Assembly: GCA_964609905.1 (NCBI GenBank)
Contig: CAZSUH010000006.1
Location: 1-61,003, forward strand
Origin: an uncultured Verrucomicrobiota bacterium
Lineage (GTDB): Bacteria; Verrucomicrobiota; Kiritimatiellia; CAIKKV01
Direction: 5' to 3'
DNA: 61,003 nucleotides
Of this stretch, positions 1 through 11,065 are shown one piece after another. Under the pieces are notes generated by a model. That model searched no databases. It was not told the origin of the DNA and saw nothing but the letters and a program-made list of their open reading frames with translations. A program made the position numbers and the translations under genes. Numbering within the stretch: position 1 is the stretch's first letter; each line of letters starts with the position of its first letter.

Positions 1-163
1 ACCGCTCGGTTTCCGTGATGTGGCGTCCGTGCCCGGCCAGGATGACCACCAGTTCATGAAAATCGTGGCTGTGCAGTTCCGTCGTGGCGTGCCGCTCGAT
101 GCGCAGGCAGGCGAGCGGAAAACTCCGGTCCGGAAAGACAGAGGATGCCGTCAGTCGTTTCAT
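1..163 (-). CDS. AraC/XylS-family transcriptional regulator, N-terminal (cupin-type sensor) part only; the gene continues beyond the window start
   Basis: Not in the ORF track because it runs off the window. Minus-strand ATG (CAT 161-163) gives MKRLTASSVFPDRSFPLACLRIERHATTELHSHDFHELVVILAGHGRHITETER. The HSHDFHEL..G pattern resembles RhaS/AraC-type N-terminal domains. The gene is divergent from the operon starting at 292. Confidence 0.5.
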   Translation of the reverse strand, partial: MKRLTASSVFPDRSFPLACLRIERHATTELHSHDFHELVVILAGHGRHITETER

Positions 164-291
164 GATTGACGGAATCGTGCTAAATAATGCCGGTTTTGTC
201 AAGGTCTTTCGGCGGGGCCAACGATAGGATAATGTTTATGAATCAAGCCCGGAAAGACGGCGGACGCTGCTTCCGGGGGTAAGGAGGCGTC

Positions 292-1416
292 ATGGCGAAA
301 GCGAAAAAAACGGCGGCCGTCAAGCCCTTGCGGGTCGGATTGGTCGGAATGAGCGGCATTGGAAACACCCACGCCGCGGCGCATGTGGCGGATCCGCTTT
401 CGAAGCTGGTCGCCGTGTGCGACGTGGTGAAGGAAAAGGCCGATCAGGCCGCCAAGACGCACGGCGTGAAGGCCTACTACCGCCTGGCGGACATGCTGAA
501 GCACGAGGAGCTGGACGTGGTGGACGTCACCACGGGCGGGTACGAGAACGGAAGCTGGCACTTCGAGCCGGCGATGGAGGCACTGGCGGCCGGCAAGCAT
601 GTGCTGTGCGAGAAGCCGCTGTCGAACGACATCGGAGAGGCGCGGGAACTGGTGCGGGAAGCGGCGGCGCGCAAGCTCTACCTGGGCTGCAACCTGAACC
701 ACTATTTCACCCCGCCGGCGGAACGCGCCAAAAAGTACATCGACGAAGGCGCGATGGGCGAGTTGATCTACCTGCTGTTCAAGATGGGCTTCAACGGCGG
801 CGAAGCGACCTATGGCTTCAACAAATCGCCCCGATTCAACCAGCCCTACGCGCATATGAAAGCATTCTTGACCCATCCCTTCAGCGTGATGCGGTATTTC
901 TGCGGCGACATCACCCACATCCAGACCTTCTCGGGCCGGCCGGGTTTCCGGCAGAACAAGGGCGACCTGCTCCTGTCGGTCAACAGCGTGCATTGCAAGT
1001 TCGCCAACGGCACGGTCGGTTACCTGCTGAGCCACCGGGGCGAGGCGATGTGGGGCCTGGGCGGCTGGTGGAGCTGCGAAGTGGCCGGCAGCAAGGGCAC
1101 GTTCTGCATCGAAAACTGCATCGAAAAGCTGACCTACTGGGGCTCGCCCAAGCCGGGCGCGGCGGCGCCGGCGCCCGAGGTGCTGGACACCGGCATCAAG
1201 GATTTCGGCGCGACCTTCCCCCGCCGGATCCACGCGTTCCTGGAGGACGTGACCAACAAGGTGCCGCTCGAGAAGCTGCGCTCGTCCGGTCGGGACGCGC
1301 TGGCCACGCTGGAGTATATTTTCGCCGTCATCGAGTCGTACGAGTCGGGTGGGGCCCTGGTCCGGCCGCATGCGCTGCCGCTGCTGCACGGGGATCCGCG
1401 GACGGAAGTCATCTAA
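292..1416 (+). CDS. Gfo/Idh/MocA-family NAD(P)-dependent oxidoreductase
   Basis: 374 aa. Rossmann N-terminus LRVGLVGMSGIGNTH and family EKP motif (VLCEKPL). SD AAGGAGG at 281-287. No signal peptide. Confidence 0.9.
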   Translation: MAKAKKTAAVKPLRVGLVGMSGIGNTHAAAHVADPLSKLVAVCDVVKEKADQAAKTHGVKAYYRLADMLKHEELDVVDVTTGGYENGSWHFEPAMEALAAGKHVLCEKPLSNDIGEARELVREAAARKLYLGCNLNHYFTPPAERAKKYIDEGAMGELIYLLFKMGFNGGEATYGFNKSPRFNQPYAHMKAFLTHPFSVMRYFCGDITHIQTFSGRPGFRQNKGDLLLSVNSVHCKFANGTVGYLLSHRGEAMWGLGGWWSCEVAGSKGTFCIENCIEKLTYWGSPKPGAAAPAPEVLDTGIKDFGATFPRRIHAFLEDVTNKVPLEKLRSSGRDALATLEYIFAVIESYESGGALVRPHALPLLHGDPRTEVI

Positions 1417-1435
1417 CGATTCAGGAGAAGCGGGC

Positions 1436-2236
1436 ATGATCAAGCTAGGGGTTAATTCCGTGTTGTTTCAGAATCATGACCTGGCCACGGCGATGAAGCA
1501 CATCGCCTGGGCGGGTTATGACGGGATCGAGCTGTCGGCGATCCAGGGCATGTGCGAGCATCTGAACCTGGACGATTGGAAGCCGCAGGTTGAGACTATC
1601 CGCGGGCTGGCCGCCCAGTACGGCCTGGCGCTGCTGAGCATCGAGGAGGCGGCGCTGGACGAGGCGCGGCTGATGAAGGCCTTCGCGGCCTGCCAGGCGC
1701 TGGGGATCCCGGTGGTCAACATCGGGCCCGGCGGCAAGTCCGAGGTTGAGGAGGACTTCGTGCGCCAGACCGACCTGATGGCGAAGATGGCGGACAAAGC
1801 GGCATCCTTCGGCGTCACGCTGTGCTGCAAGGCGCACGTGGGCGGCAGCATTTACAACACGCCGACGACGCTGCGGGCCATGAAGCGGATCACCTCGCCC
1901 GCGTTCGGGATCGACATGGATCCCAGTCACATTTTCCGCGCGGGCGAGCGGCCCGAGCAGGCGCTGCCGGGCGTGCTGAGCCGGGTGAAGCACATTCACA
2001 TCCGCGACTGCAAGGGCCGGGGCCCCAGTCCGGGCGAGCCCAAGAACCAGGCATGCGGCCGGGGCGACATCGACCTGTTCGGCTATTGCAAGGCCATGGT
2101 GGACGGCCGCTACAACGGGCCGGTCTGCCTGGAAGTGATCGGCGCCGGCGAGTATGAGCTGAGCCAGCGCGCGGTGATCGCGGCCGAGAGCTACGGCTAC
2201 ATCAACGCCTGCCTGAAAATCCTCCACGCACGGTGA
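1436..2236 (+). CDS. Sugar phosphate isomerase/epimerase (xylose isomerase-like TIM barrel) family protein
   Basis: Frame of track ORF 1349..2236. ATG 1436 is preceded by AGGAG (1423-1427) and gives MIKLGVNSVLFQNHDLATAMKHIAWAGYDGIELS, 266 aa, typical of AP-endonuclease-2/IolE-like TIM barrels. Confidence 0.85.
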   Translation: MIKLGVNSVLFQNHDLATAMKHIAWAGYDGIELSAIQGMCEHLNLDDWKPQVETIRGLAAQYGLALLSIEEAALDEARLMKAFAACQALGIPVVNIGPGGKSEVEEDFVRQTDLMAKMADKAASFGVTLCCKAHVGGSIYNTPTTLRAMKRITSPAFGIDMDPSHIFRAGERPEQALPGVLSRVKHIHIRDCKGRGPSPGEPKNQACGRGDIDLFGYCKAMVDGRYNGPVCLEVIGAGEYELSQRAVIAAESYGYINACLKILHAR

Positions 2237-3291
2237 CACGGTCCATGGACACCATCCGGGTCGGCATTCTGGGTTTCGCGCACGGCCATGTGGGGATGTA
2301 CGCCAATCGGTGGCGGGAACAACCGCAACTGGGCATCCGCCTGGTGGCGGGGTGGGATCGCGATCCGGCCCGCGCGGCAGCCGGTTGCGGCCAGCACAGG
2401 TTGGACCCGGCGCCGTCGGCGGAGGCGCTGCTGGCGCGGCCGGACGTGGATGCCGTGGTGATCGCCGCCGAAACCGCGCTGCACGCCGGCCTGGTCGAGC
2501 AGGCCGCGGCGGCCGGAAAAGCGATCGTGCTGCAGAAGCCGCTGGCGCTGACGCTGGCGGAGGCCGACCGCATGGTGGCCGCAGTGGAGAAACACAAGAC
2601 GCCGTTCACGCTGGCCTGGCAGATGCGGACCGATCCGCACAATCTCCAGATCAAGTCCCTGCTCGCGTCCGGCCGGTTCGGCAAGTTGTACATGATCCGG
2701 CGCCGCCATTGCCTGCCGACGCAGCAGTGGAAGAATTTCGACCAGGCCTGGCACGTGAAGCCGGAATGGAACCACGACATCTTCGCCGACGACGCCGCGC
2801 ATCCCATCGATTTCATCTACTGGCTGCTCGGCATGCCCCGGCGCGTGGTGGCCGAACTGGGCACGCTGCTGAATCCCGCCATCGTCAACGACAACGGCAT
2901 CGCGATCTTCCGCTATGCCAACGGGGCTTTTGCCGAGGTCTCCTGCTCGTTCGCGGCGGTGGCCGGCGAGAACACGACCGAGGTGGTGTGCGAGAACGGC
3001 ACGATTATCGGCAATTTCGGCGAACTGGTCAGCTCGATGAATCCCCGCCCGCCGGGCGGCATTCAGTTGAAATGGTTTCTGAAAGGCGATCCCGGCTGGA
3101 CTGTTTGCGACCTGCCGGAGGTGATGAAGCATAGCGACCGGATTGCCGGGTTGGCGGGCCCGCTGGCGGAGTTCCTGCGTGGCCTGCGCCCGCCGGTCGC
3201 CACGGTGCGGGAAGGCCGGGATGTGTTGAAAATGACGTTGGCCTGCTACGACTCGGCGTCGCAAGGCAGGACCGTGAGCATGGACGAGTAA
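2233..3291 (+). CDS. Gfo/Idh/MocA-family oxidoreductase
   Basis: IRVGILGFAHGHVGMY Rossmann N-terminus and LQKPL (EKP-like) motif. GTG 2233 overlaps the upstream TGA (GTGA); ATG 2245 is an alternative start. Confidence 0.85.
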   Translation: MTRSMDTIRVGILGFAHGHVGMYANRWREQPQLGIRLVAGWDRDPARAAAGCGQHRLDPAPSAEALLARPDVDAVVIAAETALHAGLVEQAAAAGKAIVLQKPLALTLAEADRMVAAVEKHKTPFTLAWQMRTDPHNLQIKSLLASGRFGKLYMIRRRHCLPTQQWKNFDQAWHVKPEWNHDIFADDAAHPIDFIYWLLGMPRRVVAELGTLLNPAIVNDNGIAIFRYANGAFAEVSCSFAAVAGENTTEVVCENGTIIGNFGELVSSMNPRPPGGIQLKWFLKGDPGWTVCDLPEVMKHSDRIAGLAGPLAEFLRGLRPPVATVREGRDVLKMTLACYDSASQGRTVSMDE

Positions 3292-3319
3292 GGAAAGCGA
3301 AGGAAAAAAGGAAAAACGC

Positions 3320-4750
3320 ATGGCAAAGAAACCGAACCTGATTCTGATCGGCATCGACAGTCTCCGCGTGGACCACATGAGCCTGTATGGCTATGGGCGG
3401 CAGACCACGCCGCACATCGACAAGTATGCGGCCCGCGGCGCGGTGTTCGAGAACACGTTCAGCCCGTCGATCCCCACCACGCCGGGCTATTCCTCCATGC
3501 TGACGGGCATGGATGTGTTCGGCACGAACGTGGTGGCGCTTCGCCATGAGGGGCCCCTCGGCGAGCACGTCAAGACACTGCCCGAGGTGCTGACCGAGCA
3601 GGGCTACAACAGCACGTGCGTCGGCTTCGGCGGGAGTCCTGCCTCGCGCGGCTTCCAGAAATACATCAGCTTCGAGGGCTGGGGTTCGTGGGAGCAGGGC
3701 CGGAGCCCCAAGGCGGAGAACCTGAACGCCGTCACAATCCCCGAGCTCAAGCGGCTGGCGGCCGAGGACAAGCCGTTCTTCCTGTTCATGCGGCACATGG
3801 ATCCGCACTCGCCCTACCTGCCGCCCCGGCCGTTTGAGCGGATTTTCTACGATGCCAACGAAACCGATCCGGCGAACAAGACGCTGGAGCCGGTCTACAA
3901 GTTCAAGCCGTTCTGCGATTACTTCGTGAGCTGGTTTCCGCCGGCCTGCACGGACAAGGATTACATCATCGCCCAGTACGACGGCGCGCTGGCGTACATG
4001 GACGCCTGCATCCAGAACATCTTCGCGTCGATCGCCGAGTTGGGCATCGAGGAGGAGACGCTGGTGGTGATCGATTCCGACCACGGCGAGACGCTGTACG
4101 ACCACGACTGCTTCTTCGACCATCATGGGCTGTATGAGTGCACGACGCGCATTCCGCTGGTGTTCGTGTATCCCGGCAAGGTGCCCGCGGGCACCCGCTT
4201 CCGGGATTACTGCCAGATGAAGGACATCATGCCCACGATCCTCGACCTGATGGGGATCAAGAGCGGCATCGATTTCGACGGCCGCAGCCTGACGCCGCTC
4301 CTGAAGGGCAAGCCGCGGGTCAGCGAGCCGGAGTTTTACATCACCGAATGCACGTGGATGCGCAAGCACGGCTGGCGGACGCCGCAGTGGAAGCTGATTC
4401 ACGCGCTGGAGCCCGACTTCCACTTCAAGCCGGAAGTGGAGTTGTACGACGTGATCAAGGACCCGGGCGAGACGGTCAACCTGGCGGCCAAGGAGCCGGG
4501 GGTGGTGGCGATGCTGGAGGCGCGGATGCAGGCCTGGATCGCGAAGCGCGAGAAGGAGACCGGCCGGCCGAATCCAATCACCACCAACCTGAACTGGCAC
4601 GGCCATGGGTGCGGTCCGTTCAAAACCTCGCAGCAGGCCTATGACACCATGCACATCGGCTCGCCGGGCGCGGCGAAGGCCTTGCAGGAAAAGGCCCAGG
4701 AAAAGGCGATGAAAGAGCTGACCACCCAGCGCGGGCAGAAAACCCTGTAA
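3320..4750 (+). CDS. Sulfatase-fold (alkaline-phosphatase superfamily) hydrolase/transferase, non-canonical active site, cytoplasmic
   Basis: 476 aa. N-terminus LILIGIDSLRVDH...SPSIPTTPGYSSMLTG aligns with the sulfatase signature region, but TTPGY replaces C/S-x-P-x-R. Later motifs DPHSPY and DSDHGE fit the fold. No signal peptide. Confidence 0.85.
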   Translation: MAKKPNLILIGIDSLRVDHMSLYGYGRQTTPHIDKYAARGAVFENTFSPSIPTTPGYSSMLTGMDVFGTNVVALRHEGPLGEHVKTLPEVLTEQGYNSTCVGFGGSPASRGFQKYISFEGWGSWEQGRSPKAENLNAVTIPELKRLAAEDKPFFLFMRHMDPHSPYLPPRPFERIFYDANETDPANKTLEPVYKFKPFCDYFVSWFPPACTDKDYIIAQYDGALAYMDACIQNIFASIAELGIEEETLVVIDSDHGETLYDHDCFFDHHGLYECTTRIPLVFVYPGKVPAGTRFRDYCQMKDIMPTILDLMGIKSGIDFDGRSLTPLLKGKPRVSEPEFYITECTWMRKHGWRTPQWKLIHALEPDFHFKPEVELYDVIKDPGETVNLAAKEPGVVAMLEARMQAWIAKREKETGRPNPITTNLNWHGHGCGPFKTSQQAYDTMHIGSPGAAKALQEKAQEKAMKELTTQRGQKTL

Positions 4751-4760
4751 GAGGCCGATC

Positions 4761-5501
4761 ATGATGGTGACCGTTATCGGCCGCGGCCATTCGGGTACGC
4801 GGGCCATGTCGCACACGCTCTCGAAGAGCGGGGTGTTCATGGGGGCGCCGCTGAACGAGTCGGGCGATCTGCTGCCGCCCGAAGCCATGTACGAGGCGTG
4901 CCGGGTGATGGCCCGGCACGTCACATGGACGGGCGGCCTGTCGTGGGATTTCAGCGCGCTCGACACGATGGAGATCCCGGCGGAGTTCACGGCGCTGATC
5001 ACGGCCTACCTGAAAAGCGTGCGGGAAAGCGCCGCGCCGCACAAGGGCTGGAAAATCCCGGAGACGACGCTGGTCTTTCCCTGGATTCGGCGGCTGTTTC
5101 CGGAAATCAAGTACATCTTCTGGATCCGGAATCCCCGGGACTGCATCGTGGGCACCCATGTGACCGACGACATGCGGCATTTCGGGATCCCGTACGCGAC
5201 GACGGCGGATGATCGGCTGCGCCGCGCCATCTCCTGGCAGTACCAGTACAACCTGGTGCGGGCGGTCGCGAAGCCGACGAATTGGATCGAGGTGCGGTTC
5301 GAGGACTTCATCCTGAAGCAGGAGGAGACGCTTGGGCGGCTGGAAGCGTTCCTGGGCATACCGCTGGCGCGCATTCACGTGCGGCGGGACTCCATCGGAC
5401 GCTGGGAGAAAGACTCCAGCGTCTCCTATTTCGATTTCTTCGAGCCCGCGATGCGGGAATACAATTACGCGGTTCCGGAGAAGACCGCAGTGGAGGTATG
5501 A
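4761..5501 (+). CDS. Sulfotransferase-family protein
   Basis: 246 aa. GRGHSGTRA resembles the 5'-phosphosulfate-binding loop, IFWIRNPRD resembles the 3'-phosphate-binding motif, and the C-terminal VRFEDF...LEAFLG pattern is typical of bacterial sulfotransferases. Confidence 0.7.
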   Translation: MMVTVIGRGHSGTRAMSHTLSKSGVFMGAPLNESGDLLPPEAMYEACRVMARHVTWTGGLSWDFSALDTMEIPAEFTALITAYLKSVRESAAPHKGWKIPETTLVFPWIRRLFPEIKYIFWIRNPRDCIVGTHVTDDMRHFGIPYATTADDRLRRAISWQYQYNLVRAVAKPTNWIEVRFEDFILKQEETLGRLEAFLGIPLARIHVRRDSIGRWEKDSSVSYFDFFEPAMREYNYAVPEKTAVEV

Positions 5502-6499
5502 AGGCTATGTTGCGCGTCGGTGTTATTGGAATGGGTCCCATCGGCAACCGCCACGCCCGGATGTACAAGGCGGATCCGCTGGCCGAACTGGCCGGCGTCT
5601 GCGACATCGTCCGGGAGCGGGCGGACCAGGCGGGCAAGGCGCTCGGCGTGCCCGCGTTCGCCAATGCGGCGGACATGTTGAAATCGGTCCGTCCGGACCT
5701 GGTCAGCGTGACAACCGGCGGCGTCGAATACGGCAGCGACCATTATCTCCCCACGATGGCGGCGCTCGAAGCGGGGTGTCACGTGCTTTGCGAGAAGCCG
5801 ATCTGCAACGAGATCCCCCAGGCGGAGGCCATGGTGGCCAAGGCCCGCGAGAAGGGGCTCTGCCTGGGCGTGAACCTGAACCACCGGTTCACGCCGGCGG
5901 CGATCCTGGCGAAGAAGTGGGTGGGCGAAGGGCGGCTGGGGCATCCGCTGTTCATCAACATGAGCATGTGGATCATGAACCCGAACGAGAGCTCGCCCTA
6001 TTTCCAGCTCAAGGCCCTGCATCCTCACACCGTGGATGTGATGCGCTATTTCTGCGGCGACATCGAAGCCGTCCAGTGTTTTGCCGTCAAGGCGCCGGGC
6101 CGGAAGATCTGGTCCACCGCCCAGTTCAATATGAGGTTCAAGAACGGCGTGGTGGGTTCCCTGACGGGCAGCTACGACATCCAGCGTGGGCATCCCATGG
6201 AGCGGTGCGAAGTGGCCGGCACGGGCGGCCGATTCGTGCTGGAGGATATGTGGCGCGAACTGACCCTCTATCCCGCCGGCAGCCTGGAAAAGACGGTCTA
6301 TACCAATCCGGTGTTCGGCGGCATGCGGGATTTCGAGGACACCTTCCGCAACCGCATCCACAAGTTCCTGGAACAGGTCTCGCAAGGCGTCAAGCCCGAG
6401 GCCATCGACGGTTCCGGCGCGGACGGCCTGGCGGCCCAGAAAGTGCTGGCCGCGGCCATCGAATCGTTGGAACGCGAGGCGGTCGTCTACGTGAAGTAG
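5498..6499 (+). CDS. Gfo/Idh/MocA-family oxidoreductase
   Basis: Frame of track ORF 5282..6499. ATG 5498 overlaps the upstream TGA (ATGA) and gives MKAMLRVGVIGMGPIGNRHARMY with VLCEKPI, 333 aa. Paralogous to the 292..1416 product (shared MRYFCGDI, LNHRFTP). Confidence 0.9.
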   Translation: MKAMLRVGVIGMGPIGNRHARMYKADPLAELAGVCDIVRERADQAGKALGVPAFANAADMLKSVRPDLVSVTTGGVEYGSDHYLPTMAALEAGCHVLCEKPICNEIPQAEAMVAKAREKGLCLGVNLNHRFTPAAILAKKWVGEGRLGHPLFINMSMWIMNPNESSPYFQLKALHPHTVDVMRYFCGDIEAVQCFAVKAPGRKIWSTAQFNMRFKNGVVGSLTGSYDIQRGHPMERCEVAGTGGRFVLEDMWRELTLYPAGSLEKTVYTNPVFGGMRDFEDTFRNRIHKFLEQVSQGVKPEAIDGSGADGLAAQKVLAAAIESLEREAVVYVK

Positions 6500-6577
6500 A
6501 AGGCGCATGATGAAGGCACATGGAAGGATCGGGAACGGGTCTGACATAACGGAACAGGCAAAGAAAGGGCGCGGGTC

Positions 6578-6757
6578 ATGAGCGAGAAAAAATGCAAGCC
6601 GGGCGAACACAAGGGGCATCTGTGCGTGTTGGCGAGTGAAGGCCGTTTTGACGAGATCAAGCAACGGGTGAAGAAACCTCAATTCGTTTGTTTCAATTGC
6701 GGGCGGGTGGCGGATTCCAAGATCAATCTGTGCAATCCGATGCCGCTCGACAAATAG
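6578..6757 (+). CDS. Small (59 aa) cysteine-rich, zinc-ribbon-like hypothetical protein
   Basis: Below the ORF-track cutoff; hand translation gives MSEKKCKPGEHKGHLCVLASEGRFDEIKQRVKKPQFVCFNCGRVADSKINLCNPMPLDK*. It has five Cys including CxxC, fills an otherwise empty intergenic gap, and is followed by a hairpin plus T-tract. Confidence 0.4.
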   Translation: MSEKKCKPGEHKGHLCVLASEGRFDEIKQRVKKPQFVCFNCGRVADSKINLCNPMPLDK

Positions 6758-6779
6758 CTGTCGGTTTTTATTTGATTTC
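6746..6779 (+). terminator. Candidate intrinsic terminator after the small ORF
   Basis: CGACA-AATAGC-TGTCG stem-loop (about 6749-6764, overlapping the TAG) followed by GTTTTTATTTGATTT. The stem is short, so the call is weak. Confidence 0.3.
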
Positions 6780-6886
6780 CCCCGTCCTCTCCGGTATAAA
6801 GTCCGGCTAAGCCGCATCTGTTCCCCATGCCTCCGAGCGCCGGCGGCAAACGGGGGAAAACCAGGCATGCCGGCACGGGAGAGGCC

Positions 6887-7819
6887 ATGAACGTCGAACG
6901 TTTCATCGAGGAACAGGTTGCGGAACTCCGGAAATCGGTCGGCCGAGGGATCGCGCTCAACGCGTTGAGCGGCGGGGTGGACAGTTCGGTGGTGACGGCG
7001 CTGGCCCACAAGGCGCTGGGCCGGCAGCTCAAGACGGTGTTTGTGGACAACGCGCTCATGCGCGAGGGCGAGCCGGCGCGGATCGTGGCCATTTTCGCCG
7101 GGCTCGGCATTCCGGTGGAGTTGGTGGATGCCCGCCGGGAATTCCTGGGCGCGCTGAAGGGCGTGACCGATCCCGAGGCGAAGCGGAACGCCATCACGCA
7201 GACCTTTTACAAGACGGTGTTCGGGCGGATCGTCAAGGAGTCGGGCGCCGCGCATCTGTTGCACGGCACGATTTTGACGGACATCGAGGAGACGGTGGCG
7301 GGCATCAAGCGCCAGCACAACATCCTGACGCAACTGGGCATTGATCCGAAGGAAGCCTACGGTTACCAGGTGTTGGAGCCGCTCAAGACGCTGCGCAAGG
7401 ACGGGGTGCGCGCGGTGGCGAAACGGCTGGGATTGCCGGATGAAATCGCCCATCGCATCCCGTTCCCGGGCCCGGCGCTAGCGGCCCGGATCGTGGGCGA
7501 GGTGACCGAGGCGAAACTGGCCACCATCCGCGCCGCGACCGCGGTGGTGGAGGAGGAACTGGCCGGCAGCGGGGCGTTCCAATACCTGGCCGTGCTGCTG
7601 AACGACTGTGCCACGGGCATCCGGGCCGGCAAGCGCGAGTTCGGACAGATCATCGTGGTGCGCAGCATCGAGAGCGTGGACGCGCGCGAGGCGACTGCCA
7701 CCCGGTTGCCGTGGGAGAAACTGGAACGGATCTGCGCGCGGATCGTGGCGATCCCCGGCGTCAACCGCTGCCTGTATGACCTGACGCCCAAGCCGCCGGC
7801 CACGGTCGAATACGTTTGA
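6887..7819 (+). CDS. guaA: GMP synthase-type ATP pyrophosphatase (PP-loop) protein with GMP-synthase C-terminal domain; no glutamine amidotransferase domain
   Basis: ATG 6887 (GGGAGAGG upstream) gives MNVERFIEEQV... It has the PP-loop SGGVDSS, the motif IPFPGPALAARI, and the terminal YDLTPKPPATVEYV that matches the GuaA C-terminal pattern (YDIT.KPP.TIEWE). 310 aa. Confidence 0.8.
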   Translation: MNVERFIEEQVAELRKSVGRGIALNALSGGVDSSVVTALAHKALGRQLKTVFVDNALMREGEPARIVAIFAGLGIPVELVDARREFLGALKGVTDPEAKRNAITQTFYKTVFGRIVKESGAAHLLHGTILTDIEETVAGIKRQHNILTQLGIDPKEAYGYQVLEPLKTLRKDGVRAVAKRLGLPDEIAHRIPFPGPALAARIVGEVTEAKLATIRAATAVVEEELAGSGAFQYLAVLLNDCATGIRAGKREFGQIIVVRSIESVDAREATATRLPWEKLERICARIVAIPGVNRCLYDLTPKPPATVEYV

Positions 7820-7852
7820 GCAACTGGAGCCTTTTTACGGGGAGTATCCCAT

Positions 7853-11056
<3,204 letters not shown>

Positions 11057-11065
11057 TCCTTTCCG

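Noticed and set aside
199-1443. Long ORFs antisense to, or frame-shifted within, recognised genes. Examples: 199..1443-, 3029..5002-, 5465..7453-, 7835..8713-, 9269..10195-, 11393..13372+, 13961..14911+, 16002..17210-, 18215..19867+, 20616..22148+, 22941..24509+, 24795..26075+, 26226..27812+, 39817..42198+, 40781..42103-, 42288..44138+, 45055..46002+, 47535..48767-, 49382..51154-, 51898..54123-, 55941..57362+, 57369..58931+, 59673..60869+.
   Set aside because: Their translations are Arg/Gly/Ala/Pro-rich low-complexity strings with no motifs. They fully overlap genes with clear family signatures. They are the expected stop-codon-poor shadow frames of GC-rich DNA.
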